Both the position numbers and the translations under genes were made by a program. From the NCBI GenBank assembly GCA_012295275.1, contig CM022667.1:21824001-21888000 (forward strand): a stretch of DNA of 64,000 nt. Reading direction: 5' to 3'. Below are positions 16,501 through 59,128 of the stretch, piece after piece. Each line of letters opens with the position of its first letter. Positions within the stretch are counted from its first letter, which is position 1. The DNA comes from Chrysomallon squamiferum (Eukaryota > Animalia > Mollusca). The notes below the pieces were generated by a model. The model ran no database searches. It was not told the DNA's origin and saw only the letters and a program-made list of their open reading frames with translations.

Positions 16501-19500
16501 TAGAAATTTATTGTAACATCCTTTACTATTAATGGTATAAATCTGGAAGAGTGCAGTTCTAAAATGCATGGCAATGGAAGGCAAATAACAAGGCCATACC
16601 ATCCACTGGATTAAAGTTGTAGATAACAATGTGATCACATCATCATCAACTATCAGTACTGGTCAGCATTATCATTGTACTGTTTATATTTGTTTCAGAC
16701 CCTGTGTGAGCTTTTTCAAGTCTTACAGATGCTGTTTTAAAGATGTTCTTATGCATAATGATTTCAAAATATGCAGTGACATAATATGATAATGTGTTAA
16801 TTAGCTTCAGTAAATGATGAATTACTGTAAATCATAATTTATACATTAAGCTATTTCATTTGTTATTGTTCTTGTTTTTTAACTTAACTCACAACTAACT
16901 ACATATTTAAAATAAAAAAGTTAATTAAATTTAATAATACACACAGCAGACAGATCTTGTTTGCACACTTCTTTAGCAGCAGATTCAAACCGTATGTCTT
17001 TAGTCAAGTTGAACTTGTACTGCCACAGCAGCTAAAACAGTGAAAAAATATGAAATATTTTTAAACAATTTTTCAATTTAATTAATTATCACATAATGTA
17101 AACAATGATGATAAATTCCAAAAAAAAAATCTTTATTTAAATATTGAAGATAGTTAATAAAATACAAGCTATCTTTACAGCTATTAATTTAATTTATATA
17201 ATTTTAAAATTATTTTAATATTTTACTGAGCTGGAAATATGGCAAACTATATGTATACTATAGAACTAGTTCTACAAATTTTATTTAATAACCTAAATAG
17301 TATGTCACCTTTCACAATTAACAAAAAAGTTTTGAATCAAGAAACTCAGTACACAAATGATTTACCAAATCAGAAGTGAAGAATAAAGAATTTTAAAAAC
17401 ACAAAAATATAAATTAACACAAACTACTGAGTAATCTAAAAACTAACACAAATTAACTGAGAAAATGTATAACACTATTTACTTTAATAATTTGTATTAA
17501 CACTGTGATTCAGTCTAGTTGTCACAATGTGGCAAACATTCACACTGAAACATATTTATTTACATTATAAAAATAAATCAGTCACTGACACAATATTTTA
17601 CATAAAATAATAATAATAAAAAAACAATATTATTATTTCATTTTTTATTTATTTATTTGTTTGTTTGTTGTAATTCTTATCTGCTTTTTTCTGTTTGTAG
17701 AAATAATCAATAAAACACTAGCATAAATATAGAATACATTTTTAATAATATTATTAATTTGAATCATTATTGCTAATAATAACAATAAATCTGAAATACA
17801 GTTTTGATATAATAACAATAAAAGTAAGCATCTCACACTACTGTCTCATTAATCAACAAAAACTGAGCTTTTAATTTATAGAGACCTTCCTGAGGATGGC
17901 ACAAAACACACAAAATCCAGAATGTGAAAACTAGTTGCAGCAGAAACATTGAACAAATAACAATAGATAAATAAGCTATTAACAAGTGCTTATAATTATA
18001 ATAAATCAGTGCAGAGATAATTGTGTTGTTGTTTTATAAATTAATCTTAATTATAATTAACTGGCTCTTCCCTTGATGCCAGGATGTCATATAAACATAA
18101 CATAACATAAAGAGGCATTTTACTTACATGTTGACATTGTGGAGATATTTCTTCATCAGTCTGCAAAATAAAATGATAATTCATCAATTTAAAATATTTT
18201 CTGAATTTTCAAATTTCTTTCATATGAAAAACTGAAACTAAAATAAAATAATTTAAAGCAAGGAGAAAACTGGTATGTGTTGTTGTAGAATATGCATGAA
18301 AATTAATTTGAAAATACATTATATTTACATATCGTTATCAATTATACAAAAAAACAACAATAAAATATTACAATTAATTATCTGACATGTTTCTTTAACA
18401 AATAATCAACCTGCATTATTTCCATCACCTTGTAAAGGAATATTTCAATATTTACCGATTTTTACAAACAATACATTTTGCTAATATTTTAATTCAACAG
18501 AATAAATTATTAAAATTAGAAATCAGCATTAAAAATGAAATTATTTATAAGTGCCATTTTAACTTTTAACACTTGTCAGAAGCAAAATCATTCCCATATA
18601 CCTGTATATTACGCTGTATAAATGTATTTTATAATGTAAATCAACAACTGAAAAACAATTACTTTATAAAAAAAAAATGCTATATTAACAGTTTTTCATT
18701 TATTCACTCCATATTCCTGTGTAATATGACTGTGAAGATTTGTTGATGTTTTTTTTTTAGCTTGATTTTTTTACAAATAAAATTAAAATTCTAATTTAAT
18801 ATTTTTTCTTCCAAATTCCATTAGTTGTATTATAAAATGAAGACAAAAACATAATAAAAAACATGACCCAATTATCATGAATCAAACAGATCAAATCAGA
18901 CCCAACAGCAACAGTGTTGGATACAGCTGACATAAAGACGCTTCATAAATGACATGACAAAAATATGGACAAAATAAACAGATTTTAATCAGCAGAAAAA
19001 ATTGTTAATGAGATGAAACTGATTCCAAAAATATTAAGATAAAAATAAAAATAGAAATATACAGTTTAATCAAATGATTCAAAAGAAAGACGTCATTATA
19101 CAGAAAATAATAACAGATGTCTATTCAAACAAAAGAAATGTGGCCATTGGAAATCATCTAAGGGCAAATTAAAAAGGAAAAAAAAGAAAAAAAAACACCA
19201 TGAAATGTAAAACTTTATAATTCAGATCAAATGAAATAAATAACAAACTATTAAATAACAGTCGAACTATACATTTGGAATAAAAATGCAGAACTCAATG
19301 CTTCTAGAAAGATTTTAAATTCCATTATCACTGATATTTTTTAGCATGGAATCCTTAAATATTTGAATAAGTGGGAATTGTTAAAATCCAGTTGGATGCC
19401 TATTTTGATCTAGAATGAATTCAGATCAGCAATTCAGAGGAGATACTGAGACTAATCACATTATTTAACCTGCCTGCAACCTCACTTTTTAAGTCTCAGT

Positions 19501-20987
19501 GAATTAAAAAGAATAGTCAATGAAGAAAATACCCCAGTGGCAAACAGCAGCAAAGATAAAGGCCTCACGACTTACCAAATAATCAAAGACAGAAAAGAAA
19601 TTAAAAAACTAGCTAACAGGTACACACGTGTGTAAGACATGGACATACTCTGGAGAAGAGTGCAAGATTTACATTGTACATTCATCTTACACAACTTGGT
19701 GCTGAAACAAAGAAATGAAATAAGGCTCCAAAAATGATGACAAAAGACCACTTCAGTATATGAATGATAATCTGCTTATTTTTATTTAATTGCTACTAAT
19801 TTTTTTAATTATTTTATTTTATTTTTTTCAGAAATGTTTTCATTATTATTCTAGCTTTACTTTCTTATTATAAATATATATTTTTTAAATAGTTTATAAT
19901 TTTAATGTTTTAAATGCCAAATATTAATAAAATCAATCTAATTATTAGTTTACTGTCACATATAAATAACAACCAATTTCTTGAATATTTATCTACCATA
20001 CATGATACAGTCAGTATATATATATGGTGTCCTCGACATTATGGCAATAATATCATAAATAATTTTAAAAATAAATTTTGACTTACAGCAACATGACATA
20101 AAATTCAAACATCACAGGCAAACTTGTGTGCAAGTGCGATGGAAAAATATGCTGTTACATGCTGTTTCATTTGTTTTTTTAATTACCTGTACAGTGTACT
20201 CAGTACTGTGTTCAGAATGTACAGTTTCACTGGGAATTGTGCTCGTTTTTCTGTCTTTTTATTACTGTTTCATTTTTTTTGTCATTTTTCTGTACTATAA
20301 TAATGTTCTCCCTTTCATTTTCTTAAGGCCTAGTCCTGTTTCTTGATATATATTATATATAGTACATACGTATGACTTTAGGGTGTTTTACTTTTACATT
20401 TTTAGTTAAGTGACTTACTCACTTAGGCTATGGTAATTGCAACTTGCATAGAAAATCATCGATTCATAAGAACTCCATAAAATGTTAAAATTACAAACCT
20501 TAAGATCATTCTGCAAACAGTTTAAAACTGCAAAGTTATTGCCCCGAATGCCTCGACTACAGAAGTGCTGTACATCTTCCACACATTCAGGCGAATCGGC
20601 TATTCTGATGGGTTTCTGACTGCCCTGCAGGGGCTGTTGTTGCTGTTGTTTGAACTTATTAATTTGGGGGTGATGTACCGAATTGCCTCCGTGATCGTCC
20701 ACAACTAAGCTGGGTGGCTGGTTTCTGCTGTTATAGTTCTTGGCACCTGTATTCTTTGGCTGATTCAAATGAAAATTTCTCACATCGGCTGCCTTGTCTG
20801 GAAATCGGTTTAAAGTATTCGCACCATTATTTGAATGAACATTCTTAAAATAAGGATTGTTGTTGGCATCTCTATTTTCCGGTATATTAGGTTTGTATGG
20901 TGGTGCACAAAATACGTTAGATATTGCAAAAAAGACAGTGAGCAATATTGTTGAAAAAGAAACGACACGTCGTCCGTACGCAGCCAT
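4515..20987 (-). CDS. GLG1: Golgi apparatus protein 1 (cysteine-rich FGF receptor / ESL-1 / MG-160), 25 coding exons, ~1201 aa
   Basis: Exons, all GT-AG and phase-consistent, total 3606 nt: 20499-20987, 18128-18160, 16945-17031, 15382-15591, 14764-15009, 13970-14150, 13328-13545, 12813-12934, 12385-12486, 11983-12148, 11200-11346, 10190-10339, 9633-9746, 9177-9265, 8690-8804, 8461-8553, 8069-8140, 7884-7943, 7473-7599, 7017-7153, 6785-6886, 6354-6503, 5721-5841, 5174-5280, 4515-4682. The protein starts MAAYGRR plus a signal peptide (an alternative in-frame ATG is at 20996). It continues with an N/Q-rich linker and repeated Cys-rich GLG1 units (e.g. DYHMDRPLYYACRDDRERLC). It ends MWEYAAQVAP, a TM helix and GRVTKRVRREMKNK*, matching the GLG1 tail recalled from vertebrates. 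Confidence 0.95.
5034..5155. repeat. ~44-bp minisatellite, about 3 copies, in the last GLG1 intron
   Basis: The unit ctaactatctaatctgtatcagagaataaattaatgttag(a/t)tac is repeated with small variations. Confidence 0.75.
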
Positions 20988-22072
20988 TTTCTTCATCGTT
21001 CCTTCGTGATTTCTGCCGCTGAAGTAACTAGCACCAATAGAGGCTCAACTCATAAACACAATAAATTCCTTCTTTTCTATAAATTATGATTTCGTTGGCA
21101 CATAGTTCTAAATTTTCTAATGGAAATAATTCGGCAGATAATTAAGTTATTAAAATTATTAATAACATTTTATTTTTGATTCTCTATAGATATGAAAAGC
21201 AGTCCAATTTACAGGCTTTAAGTTTAAATTGTTATTATAATTATAAATTAATAAAATAAATTAACAAATATTATAATTTGATTAATAGTTTAAAGAACAA
21301 ACAAGTCACCAACTTATTTACGTAAAATGCAAGCATCTAAATATTATGTAAACAGCTGAGCTTATAATTCATTTATTGTTGTTTTTAATTTCTCTATAGA
21401 CATTTTTTAAAGATTTTAGAGACTTGTTTTATGAATATACTAATGATTTATTTAGTGTTTTGATTTTTTTATACTAAAAATAGAATAATATAATAAAAAC
21501 ATTAATATAATAAATTATATTCATCTATTACGAACGTTTCGCATAAAGACAGAATGTTTCGAATTTGAATAATCCGTAATCGACCGAGGTTTAACGAAAG
21601 CAATTATTTTAAGGGTAAACTACTCTGTTTGATTATGGGAAAAATAAGAATCTGGACATCGGCTGTCAAAATATGGTTTTCAACACTATTAAATATAGAT
21701 ATTTGTTTGAATTATCAAATTAATCATTTTTATTAATTATAATAACTATGTATAATTTTAAAACGTTGTTTAAATCTTTATTATGAAGTTAGTGATTTTA
21801 CAGAATTATTCTTGCTTCCTTGTTTACAAATCCCAAACTCGTCTCAAAGAGTCGGAATTTACTTGATATTGATACTAGTATTGATACTTCAGAGTATCAG
21901 CAGTATATATATGGACGCTGTAACAGTTTAAATCAATTGATGTATTTTTAATGATAATAATAGTTTCACCATTTTATACGTTTCAAGTTTAGAAAATATA
22001 CAAAATGATGTCTTTTGGAGGTTAAACTGTATAATTATATATATATAATAATATATATATAATTTTTTCAAA

Positions 22073-22112
<40 letters not shown>

Positions 22113-22429
22113 AACAGGGTTTTTTACTGCCAGTCATTGTCATATAAATTAACATTCGGATATAGATAAAAATTTGAAATTTTATTTGTGGTTACTTTTT
22201 GTTGTTGTTATCACTTACTTGTGATATCCAAATATGAATGTTTTTCTCACTCCCTAACACGCCTCCATTTTGATAAAATGATTAATATTTTGTTTTCATA
22301 TTAATTAAATATGCAAAGATTATTAGTTTATATTTAATTACCAATGAAATATTATCTCCCCAAAGTACCTCTACAAATATAATAATGAAGTTATATATCT
22401 ACAAGCTAGTTTCTTAACTAAATAATAAA

Positions 22430-22465
<36 letters not shown>

Positions 22466-22775
22466 TGCTAATACTATACTATTAAAATTAGTAAACATTA
22501 AACTATTTGTTTTGTTAATAGTAGTAGTAATGTTAATATTATTTATTGTTATTTTATTTTAAGGATGATGGATAGTCATCTACTGATTTCATAAAATCTG
22601 GATCTTGCAAAGATTAGAAGTTCACTACTGGAAATGGACCTAAAGTTTGCCACTTCCTTAAGGACATTGTTTGAAAATACATATGTTTGTTCTGCATTGA
22701 CTAACTGACATTACCACGTCAGTATTACAAACACAGCCGGAAACAACTTTAGAATTTTGGGTTTCAGGGCAAGCT
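20988..22775. promoter_or_regulatory. Divergent (probably bidirectional) promoter and 5' UTR interval between GLG1 and RSPRY1
   Basis: The start codons point away from each other ~1.8 kb apart. CpG dinucleotides are retained here (20960-21020, 21530-21670) relative to the flanking introns. ATTGG/CCAAT is at ~21034-21038. TSS positions cannot be determined from sequence. Confidence 0.5.
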
Positions 22776-43285
<20,510 letters not shown>

Positions 43286-43557
43286 CATTTAGTCTGTTTT
43301 TAATATTAGTTTTTATATTTCTAGTTATTGATTTTTATAAATTATTGTCAAGAATAAAACTGGATGAACTCTTTTTCAAGCCTTTTTAGGAATGTTGTTG
43401 GCTTGATCATGCACATTTTGTCATAATCTACTTTTTTTCAATTAATAATTTTACACACTTCTCATCTAAATTATTAATTTATATTTTTAGATGTCAATTC
43501 TTCATAGATGTTTTAAAATAAACTTACAGATCACTAGTTATAACCTTCAGTTTAAAT

Positions 43558-43589
<32 letters not shown>

Positions 43590-46100
43590 CTTTTGTTTTT
43601 TAGTTGTATTTTATAAGTAAAAAACAGAACTAAGTTCACCTACAGATAGACTGCCATAATTATAGAAATCATTTTTATATCCTTTCCTTTTTATGTATTC
43701 TTATTTTAATACTTCATTTATTATTATTCTTTTATAAAAATTCTGTTAAAGGTATTTGATGTCACTTCAGTTGATGAAAAAAAAATCTGTTATATTTTCC
43801 TTTTGCCATATTGTTTTAATCAAAGTACAGAATTATAATTAAAAAATAAGCAAATCCTTCAGATTTTTAAATATTTTACATTAGTATGTTAACACTTTTT
43901 CTTAGCTTGTTTGTTAAAATGTTTCTGCATTTAGAAGTGTGTTTATATAGAGGTCTAAAAAAAAGAAAAATGTTGAATGAACCACAAACACACACGAACA
44001 TGCTTACACACAGGTCCACACATAAAGCATACACATATGGATATCTCACAAACAGTGTATTATCCCACAGCAGATAAATGTAAAGTGAACATTGTTAGAA
44101 ATTAAGTGGTAATCAGTTAGTACTTGTTTAAAGAAGAATCCTGTAACGTCTGTATGTTCAATATTGAAGTATGCCACTGGCTGATGAACAGTGCCATTGT
44201 GAAGAGTGCTGAAAGCAGAACAAAACTATTTTTATATTCCTACTACTGAGAAAATCTACTCATTATAAATACTAGTACAAAACATGTAGTTAGAGAAAGA
44301 ATATCATTTATGTAATATCATCTGTATATTAATATTTGATGGTTACGAAGCTAGTAGTTCTATTTGAAACAATCAAATTTAGTGCCATCATAAATAAAAT
44401 TGAAAAAGAAATCACATTTACACTGACTTCAGGAAGTCATTTATTTTTTAAATATGTGAGTTGAGATAAATTTTATTGCCATCTTATTTTCATTACAATT
44501 ATTTGTGATATACTGTTATAAGATTGTTTACATTATTCTTTATATTTATCATCAGTTTTTCTGTTTTGTTTATTACAGTTAACATTGCTGTTAAATTAAC
44601 CCAACTGCCTGCATAGCATGACAGAAATAATGGATAAAAGTGTAAATATCATATGTGTAAAGACATTAAAAAATTACTTGCATAGGGCTTAGAGCCAATG
44701 TTGTGAGGAGCATTTTTCTTACTTGAGTTTTCATATAAAAGGCCATTAACTCAATTAGGTTTTAAATTCACCTAAACTACATTATTTTATTAAACTTAGA
44801 CTGTATAACTTGTAAAATTAAAATGAACCTTTTTCTCTACATTGTAATAATTATTTTTCCAGTTTTAAAAATTATTATATAAATATGTAAATTTTAAAGC
44901 CAAAGATCCATTTATCACAAACTAATTTTAAACCTGTGTCAATAAATATGAAATTTGTTTACATTTAAATTAATTCCAGTAAAGAGATAATTTTCTTTAT
45001 TTCTTAAATTAGTTTTCTTTTAATCATACAATTTTATGAAAGCTACAAATGTTTTTATCCCACACAGAGATATTTGTTTTTATATTGGTAATATTATTAT
45101 TTGGTCAAATTTTAACAACTAAATCCAAATTATAGTGAGGAATATAACTAAGGTAAAAATTTATGTTTTCTTAGTTAATATTCCTTCTTGCATTAAAATC
45201 AAGTTTTGGTGAATTTATTTTTATTCTTTATTATATATATTTTTTTAAATATGCTGCTTTAGTGACATACAACTGACAACTTTATGATATATAAAAATAA
45301 TAATAATGAGTTTGTTTTATATTTTCAGAAAAAATAACTTTTAAAATAATTATCTACACACAAAAACATGGATAGCTTTGTCTGGAAAATTCAAACAAAT
45401 TATCATTCTAGATTATTTCGAAAAATGATGGGAGAAAAATGTATTATGAGGTTCACGAAAAAGATATATAAAATGTTTGAGTGTTATAAAGTATTGTTAT
45501 GTCGCCTTGTTTTTGTATTATTATGTACATAGTTGTATCACATCATGTAAATATCAATACAATAAAGTTGCAACAAAATAAATATAATTATTATCAAGTC
45601 ATTGAGTCTTTGTGGTTTGAATAAGAATATAGCTTTGTAAAATGTGTTTGTGGAATAATTTCCTGTTCCACCTTTAAACTTATTAACAGCATGTGTTTTG
45701 CAATTTTGGAAACAGCACTTTTTTAAACAATATTTTGGAAGGGTAAACCATTATTTATGTGATATCTGTAAATGATTAGTATTCACCATAAACTGTAAAA
45801 ATCATAATTAAAATTGTGGATAATAAAATCTATTCAAGATATCCTTAAATATGAATTTTAATCAATTAACAAAATCAATATATCAAAATTTTACTGGAGA
45901 ATAAAATAAATATAACTAAATAATTTAAAGACTTTTTCAGTAAAAGCATTAATTTAGTTCTGAAGAAACAAGTGCATTTAATGGCACCATTATCTACATA
46001 ATTCAAATATCACCTTTATGAAAATAAAACAAATTAACTGTTATCATTTGAAAATATTTTAATAAGTGATTTATTTTTTAAAATGCAAAACAAAACAAAA

Positions 46101-55154
<9,054 letters not shown>

Positions 55155-55577
55155 TTTTCTACGTTAAAATCGAACCAGAAACAGAAAACCACGTATGTAA
55201 TATGAGTCATCAAAATGAATTTTGAGAAGATTTTTCCGACGAACTGCAGGCCAGATATTTAAATCAACCAATGGTAGTATCTAGTACTGTGTTCTAAAAT
55301 GTTCATATTTACTTACTATACAAATTATTATCATTAATATGATAGTTAGTGCATCCCGAATCACTAGGCTTAACGCGACCTTGATTGTAATTAACGAATA
55401 CACCACCACAACTAGGAGCAGTTTTGGGGGCTGGAAGAGTGTTTTGAGACTCCAACAAGAGTAGTGGCCTTGGAGTTCTTAGAACCCCTGCCATCTTAGT
55501 ATCGGAGCCTTGTTAACGGTCGTGGAAATTTTCTTTGTTAATTATTTTCCAGTTTGATCCCATAACACTATAAATGA

Positions 55578-55857
55578 ATAATAATCAGATTCCCGACAAT
55601 ATGACTCCATTAAAGAACTGTTCTCATTTCATTTCATTTATTTATTTATTTATTTATTTATTTATTACTTAACATTTTCCCCTCTATATATTAAAGGTAT
55701 CGTGGCGGTTATTCAAGTTGATAATAATCAGATTCCCGACAATATGACTCCATTAAAGAACTGTTCATATTTCATTTCATTTATTTATTTATTTGTTTAT
55801 TACTTAACATTTTCCCCTTTATATATTAAAGATATCGTAGTGGTTATTCAAGTTGAT
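55578..55857. repeat. Tandem duplication, ~143-bp unit x2, upstream of KLHDC4
   Basis: ataataatcagattcccgacaatatgactccattaaagaactgttc...ggttattcaagttg starts at 55578 and again at 55721. Confidence 0.85.
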
Positions 55858-56239
55858 GCTACCTTAAGATATCATTATGTGAAACCTATACATACATACA
55901 AACTATATTGACATATGTGATGGCCCGGACTTACTGAGAAAAAATCTAATTATTATCAATGTATATGTACAATAAAAACAAGGTTTTCCATATGAAAATC
56001 ATAAGAAAATCTAACCAACATATTTGTTATATATTCCACAATACTAAAATAACACGAGTATGACTCAACATACAAAAACCTTTTAACTTTAATTTTTTAT
56101 TTTTAAATTCAGTTTTATTTCATTTTATTATATTACAAATACTAATGTGAAACGTTAATATATTAATGCTACAAAATATTTTTCAAGTTTTATTCACTCT
56201 TCTCTCATTATATTAAATTTAACAAAACAAAATGTAATA

Positions 56240-56262
56240 AGAAGAAAGAAAGAAAGAAAGAT

Positions 56263-56297
<35 letters not shown>

Positions 56298-56311
56298 AAA
56301 ACAAAACAAAA
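56240..56311. repeat. (GAAA)n microsatellite
   Basis: Directly visible purine tract downstream of PDE copy A. Confidence 0.85.
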
Positions 56312-56463
56312 CTATCTGAAAAGCAGAGAGAAAACGTTCACCCTTTTGAGTTTATCCACAAAATAATCTGCATCTTTGTAAACTGTTACCTCTTTTCTTA
56401 AATTTAAACAAATATATTTGCAATATGAATTTTTGTATATGAAATTCATTTTTGTCCATTTAG

Positions 56464-58848
56464 TCAATAAAATGGTTCAAAGAGTTTCTCTTTCGCTTTC
56501 TTTGCTGCGATGTTCATCCACTTCTCCAGGTTCAACATGGTTCCTTCCAACAATGGTCTGCTGCCTGGAAGAATGTTCACCATCGTAGTATATAAAGGTT
56601 TACAGATAAATCGAATCAAATAAACTTGCTGCTTGGGGATTTCCTTTTCAAAGTTCTTCTTATACGTGTTCAAAGAACATTCCCTTTCTGCTACGTCATT
56701 CATATAAAACTCGCTGCAAAGCCGAGTTATCAGTTCTTCCTGAGTATTCCAAGGCATTGCCACAGAAGAAAGATCCGCCGCCGCCATCATTAAAGCTTTG
56801 AATAATGTTCTGCATTCTTCATCTTCTATGTCAAATGTTTGATTTTCTATCATATTTGTTACCTGAGTTTGTGTGTTAATATAAAGAGAAAGGTCTGTGG
56901 CCAAAATAGCATCGTGAATCATCTGCAGCATCTCTTTGTGTTCAAATGTCGACAAAAAAGAAAAAATTTCATGACCCTCCAATTGTAGTATCATTGCAGT
57001 AAATTTGTAGCTGAGCTCTGTAGACAAAGATGTGCTATATAGATCAGCCAGGGGCAGGTCAAATTGTTTACAGAAAACATTACTGTATCCACGGTGATTC
57101 AGGTCATGGCATACACCTGCGATTACCAAAGCCATTGTTTCTTTCATGCTGAATGTGTTACTATTCGTTTTCACCATGCAGTACAAGGCATGGGCCACCT
57201 GAAAACCATGCATCCAATTGTGATAAGGCAGGGGCTGGTAATTTTGCATTACTGTTTGAATAAAGCGACTCATTGTATTAAAATCAAATACATTTTCACC
57301 GAACATATCATCTATCATGTAATTGAACAAATAATGTAAATGTTTTTCATGCAGATAAGGGTTAAAGTCGTAGCTGTAAAACGATTCAGGAATTGTTTTA
57401 GGTGGAGATGCTGGAGGCTCTGTGCGAGACATATCTGCTGCACTGACTATGTGGTATTGAAGCACTTCCATTGTAGTTCTGCACTGCGCTTGAGATAGGG
57501 ACAGCTCATTATGAATCCTGTAATTGAAGAGAGCTAGAGCACAGTACACTGAAAATGTTTTGAAAGCTAGTTCGTCTGCTCGAGTAAAATGTTCATTTGA
57601 AAGGCTGTTGAGCATTTCAATTACTCCAACCACGCGACCTTTACCAATAATGGGCATACACAGGACATTCTTTGTACGATAACCTGTTACTTCGTCGACA
57701 GTGGGAGAAAAACGTTTATCTGCGTAAGCATCATAAACGTTTATCGGTTTGCCAGTTTTATATACATAGCCAGGAAGTCCTGTATTCAGCGAAAAGTGCA
57801 ATTGTTTTTTAGTAACAAAACACTTTTTTCCTTTGTTCGAAAGACTTTGGTAAAAGAACTCCGCGTAAAACTGATTGTTTTCTTTGTTGATGAGAAACAT
57901 ATTACACCGATCAGCGTGCACCAGTTCCTTGCTAACTGACAGGATTTTTTCTACAAGATGGTCAATGCTAGTCATACTGAAAAACAATCCTTTGGTGAGA
58001 TCCAAAATATAATCGTTCAATTTAGATTGGATATCGAGAATTCTGTTCATGTTTCCTTGATGTATAGAACAAAGCATCCAGCCAAGCATCCAATTACATA
58101 TTAACAAATCAAGGGTACCAAATGGCCTTTTTAATGCACTTCTGCACAATTCTATCACTCCAATCGTATCACCAGAAGGACAGACTAAAGGAATTGAAAG
58201 TACACTTTGGACATTTCGGTCAGGATGACCAACACCTTTGGGATACTTAATATTCTCAGGTAAGTTTGTAACCATTCTCGTTTCGCCGAGAAAAGCTGCT
58301 TCAGCTGACACAGTAGTTCCTTTCTTGACAGAGGTACTGTGACACTTCTCACCCTCGACAGTATATTCACATAATTTCGTGTTATTGTGGCATATAAAAT
58401 ACAGCGAAAACCAGTCCACTAACAATGTACTTGCCAAAACGTCTGCTGCGTTGTAAATAACTTTTTTAAGATCAGGCTCTCTGCTTTCTTTTAGAAATGA
58501 TTGGCTTTGTATTTTTATAGATGAGAGGAGATGATGTTTAAGAGGACCAGGACAAATTTTCTGAGTGTCAGTCGACGATATCCACCTTAATTCCCGCCTC
58601 GCTGATCTTTGCTCTTGAGTTCTTATTAGAAATTTGATTTTGTTTGTACCCAAACTTAGAATGATCTGATCTAGAACCGCGGGGTTATATTTCAAGTAAG
58701 ACGTTACATCTGAAGCAGTCAAGCCAGATGTATGAGGCTGGACCATTTCAGATCGCGTCCGTGATGGCACCGGAGGCTGGAATCCAGGTGAGGAAGTCCG
58801 CCAAAGTCCTGATCGCTTTCCCGAACGTTGTCTGTACAGCATAGACAT
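56464..58848 (-). CDS. PDE10A: Intronless PDE10-like cyclic-nucleotide phosphodiesterase (copy A), 794 aa, GAF-GAF-PDEase; catalytic domain degenerate
   Basis: Single uninterrupted ORF. It has a PDE10-type N-terminal helix (LTASDVTSYLKYNPAVLDQII), GAF-A (YPKGVG..SVLSIP..IGVIELCR) and GAF-B (ADRCNMFL..INVYDAYADKRF..VDEVTGYRTKNVLCMPI). Catalytic motifs are YHNWMH, CHDLNHRGYSN, ILQLEGHEIFS, ATDL and AADL. The symbol indicates the family; this is a divergent paralog, probably not the main ortholog. Confidence 0.88.
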   Translation of the reverse strand: MSMLYRQRSGKRSGLWRTSSPGFQPPVPSRTRSEMVQPHTSGLTASDVTSYLKYNPAVLDQIILSLGTNKIKFLIRTQEQRSARRELRWISSTDTQKICPGPLKHHLLSSIKIQSQSFLKESREPDLKKVIYNAADVLASTLLVDWFSLYFICHNNTKLCEYTVEGEKCHSTSVKKGTTVSAEAAFLGETRMVTNLPENIKYPKGVGHPDRNVQSVLSIPLVCPSGDTIGVIELCRSALKRPFGTLDLLICNWMLGWMLCSIHQGNMNRILDIQSKLNDYILDLTKGLFFSMTSIDHLVEKILSVSKELVHADRCNMFLINKENNQFYAEFFYQSLSNKGKKCFVTKKQLHFSLNTGLPGYVYKTGKPINVYDAYADKRFSPTVDEVTGYRTKNVLCMPIIGKGRVVGVIEMLNSLSNEHFTRADELAFKTFSVYCALALFNYRIHNELSLSQAQCRTTMEVLQYHIVSAADMSRTEPPASPPKTIPESFYSYDFNPYLHEKHLHYLFNYMIDDMFGENVFDFNTMSRFIQTVMQNYQPLPYHNWMHGFQVAHALYCMVKTNSNTFSMKETMALVIAGVCHDLNHRGYSNVFCKQFDLPLADLYSTSLSTELSYKFTAMILQLEGHEIFSFLSTFEHKEMLQMIHDAILATDLSLYINTQTQVTNMIENQTFDIEDEECRTLFKALMMAAADLSSVAMPWNTQEELITRLCSEFYMNDVAERECSLNTYKKNFEKEIPKQQVYLIRFICKPLYTTMVNILPGSRPLLEGTMLNLEKWMNIAAKKAKEKLFEPFY

Positions 58849-58877
58849 ATTGTCTATTGGGGATTGTTCTGTTGGTA

Positions 58878-58903
58878 TTACGTCAACTGATTGTTGACGT
58901 CAT
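58878..58903. promoter_or_regulatory. Paired CRE-type bZIP sites upstream of PDE copy A
   Basis: TGACGTCA is at 58895-58902 (47 bp upstream of the ATG) and TTACGTCA is at 58878-58885. Confidence 0.65.
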
Positions 58904-59014
58904 AACAATACATTCTCCCAACACTGTATCCGCTGTAATGACAGTTGATCTAAATAACGACAAATGTCAAAGGGGAAGTTAAGGTAGATATAACGAGTAC
59001 ACAAAAACAAGGTA

Positions 59015-59128
<114 letters not shown>

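Noticed and set aside
18860-19760. A-rich stretch resembling a decayed retroelement in GLG1 intron 1
   Set aside because: I could not establish convincing motifs, termini or a TSD.
56240-56311. A-rich tract as the retrogene poly(A) remnant
   Set aside because: It is on the wrong strand: the tract is T-rich on the PDE sense strand.
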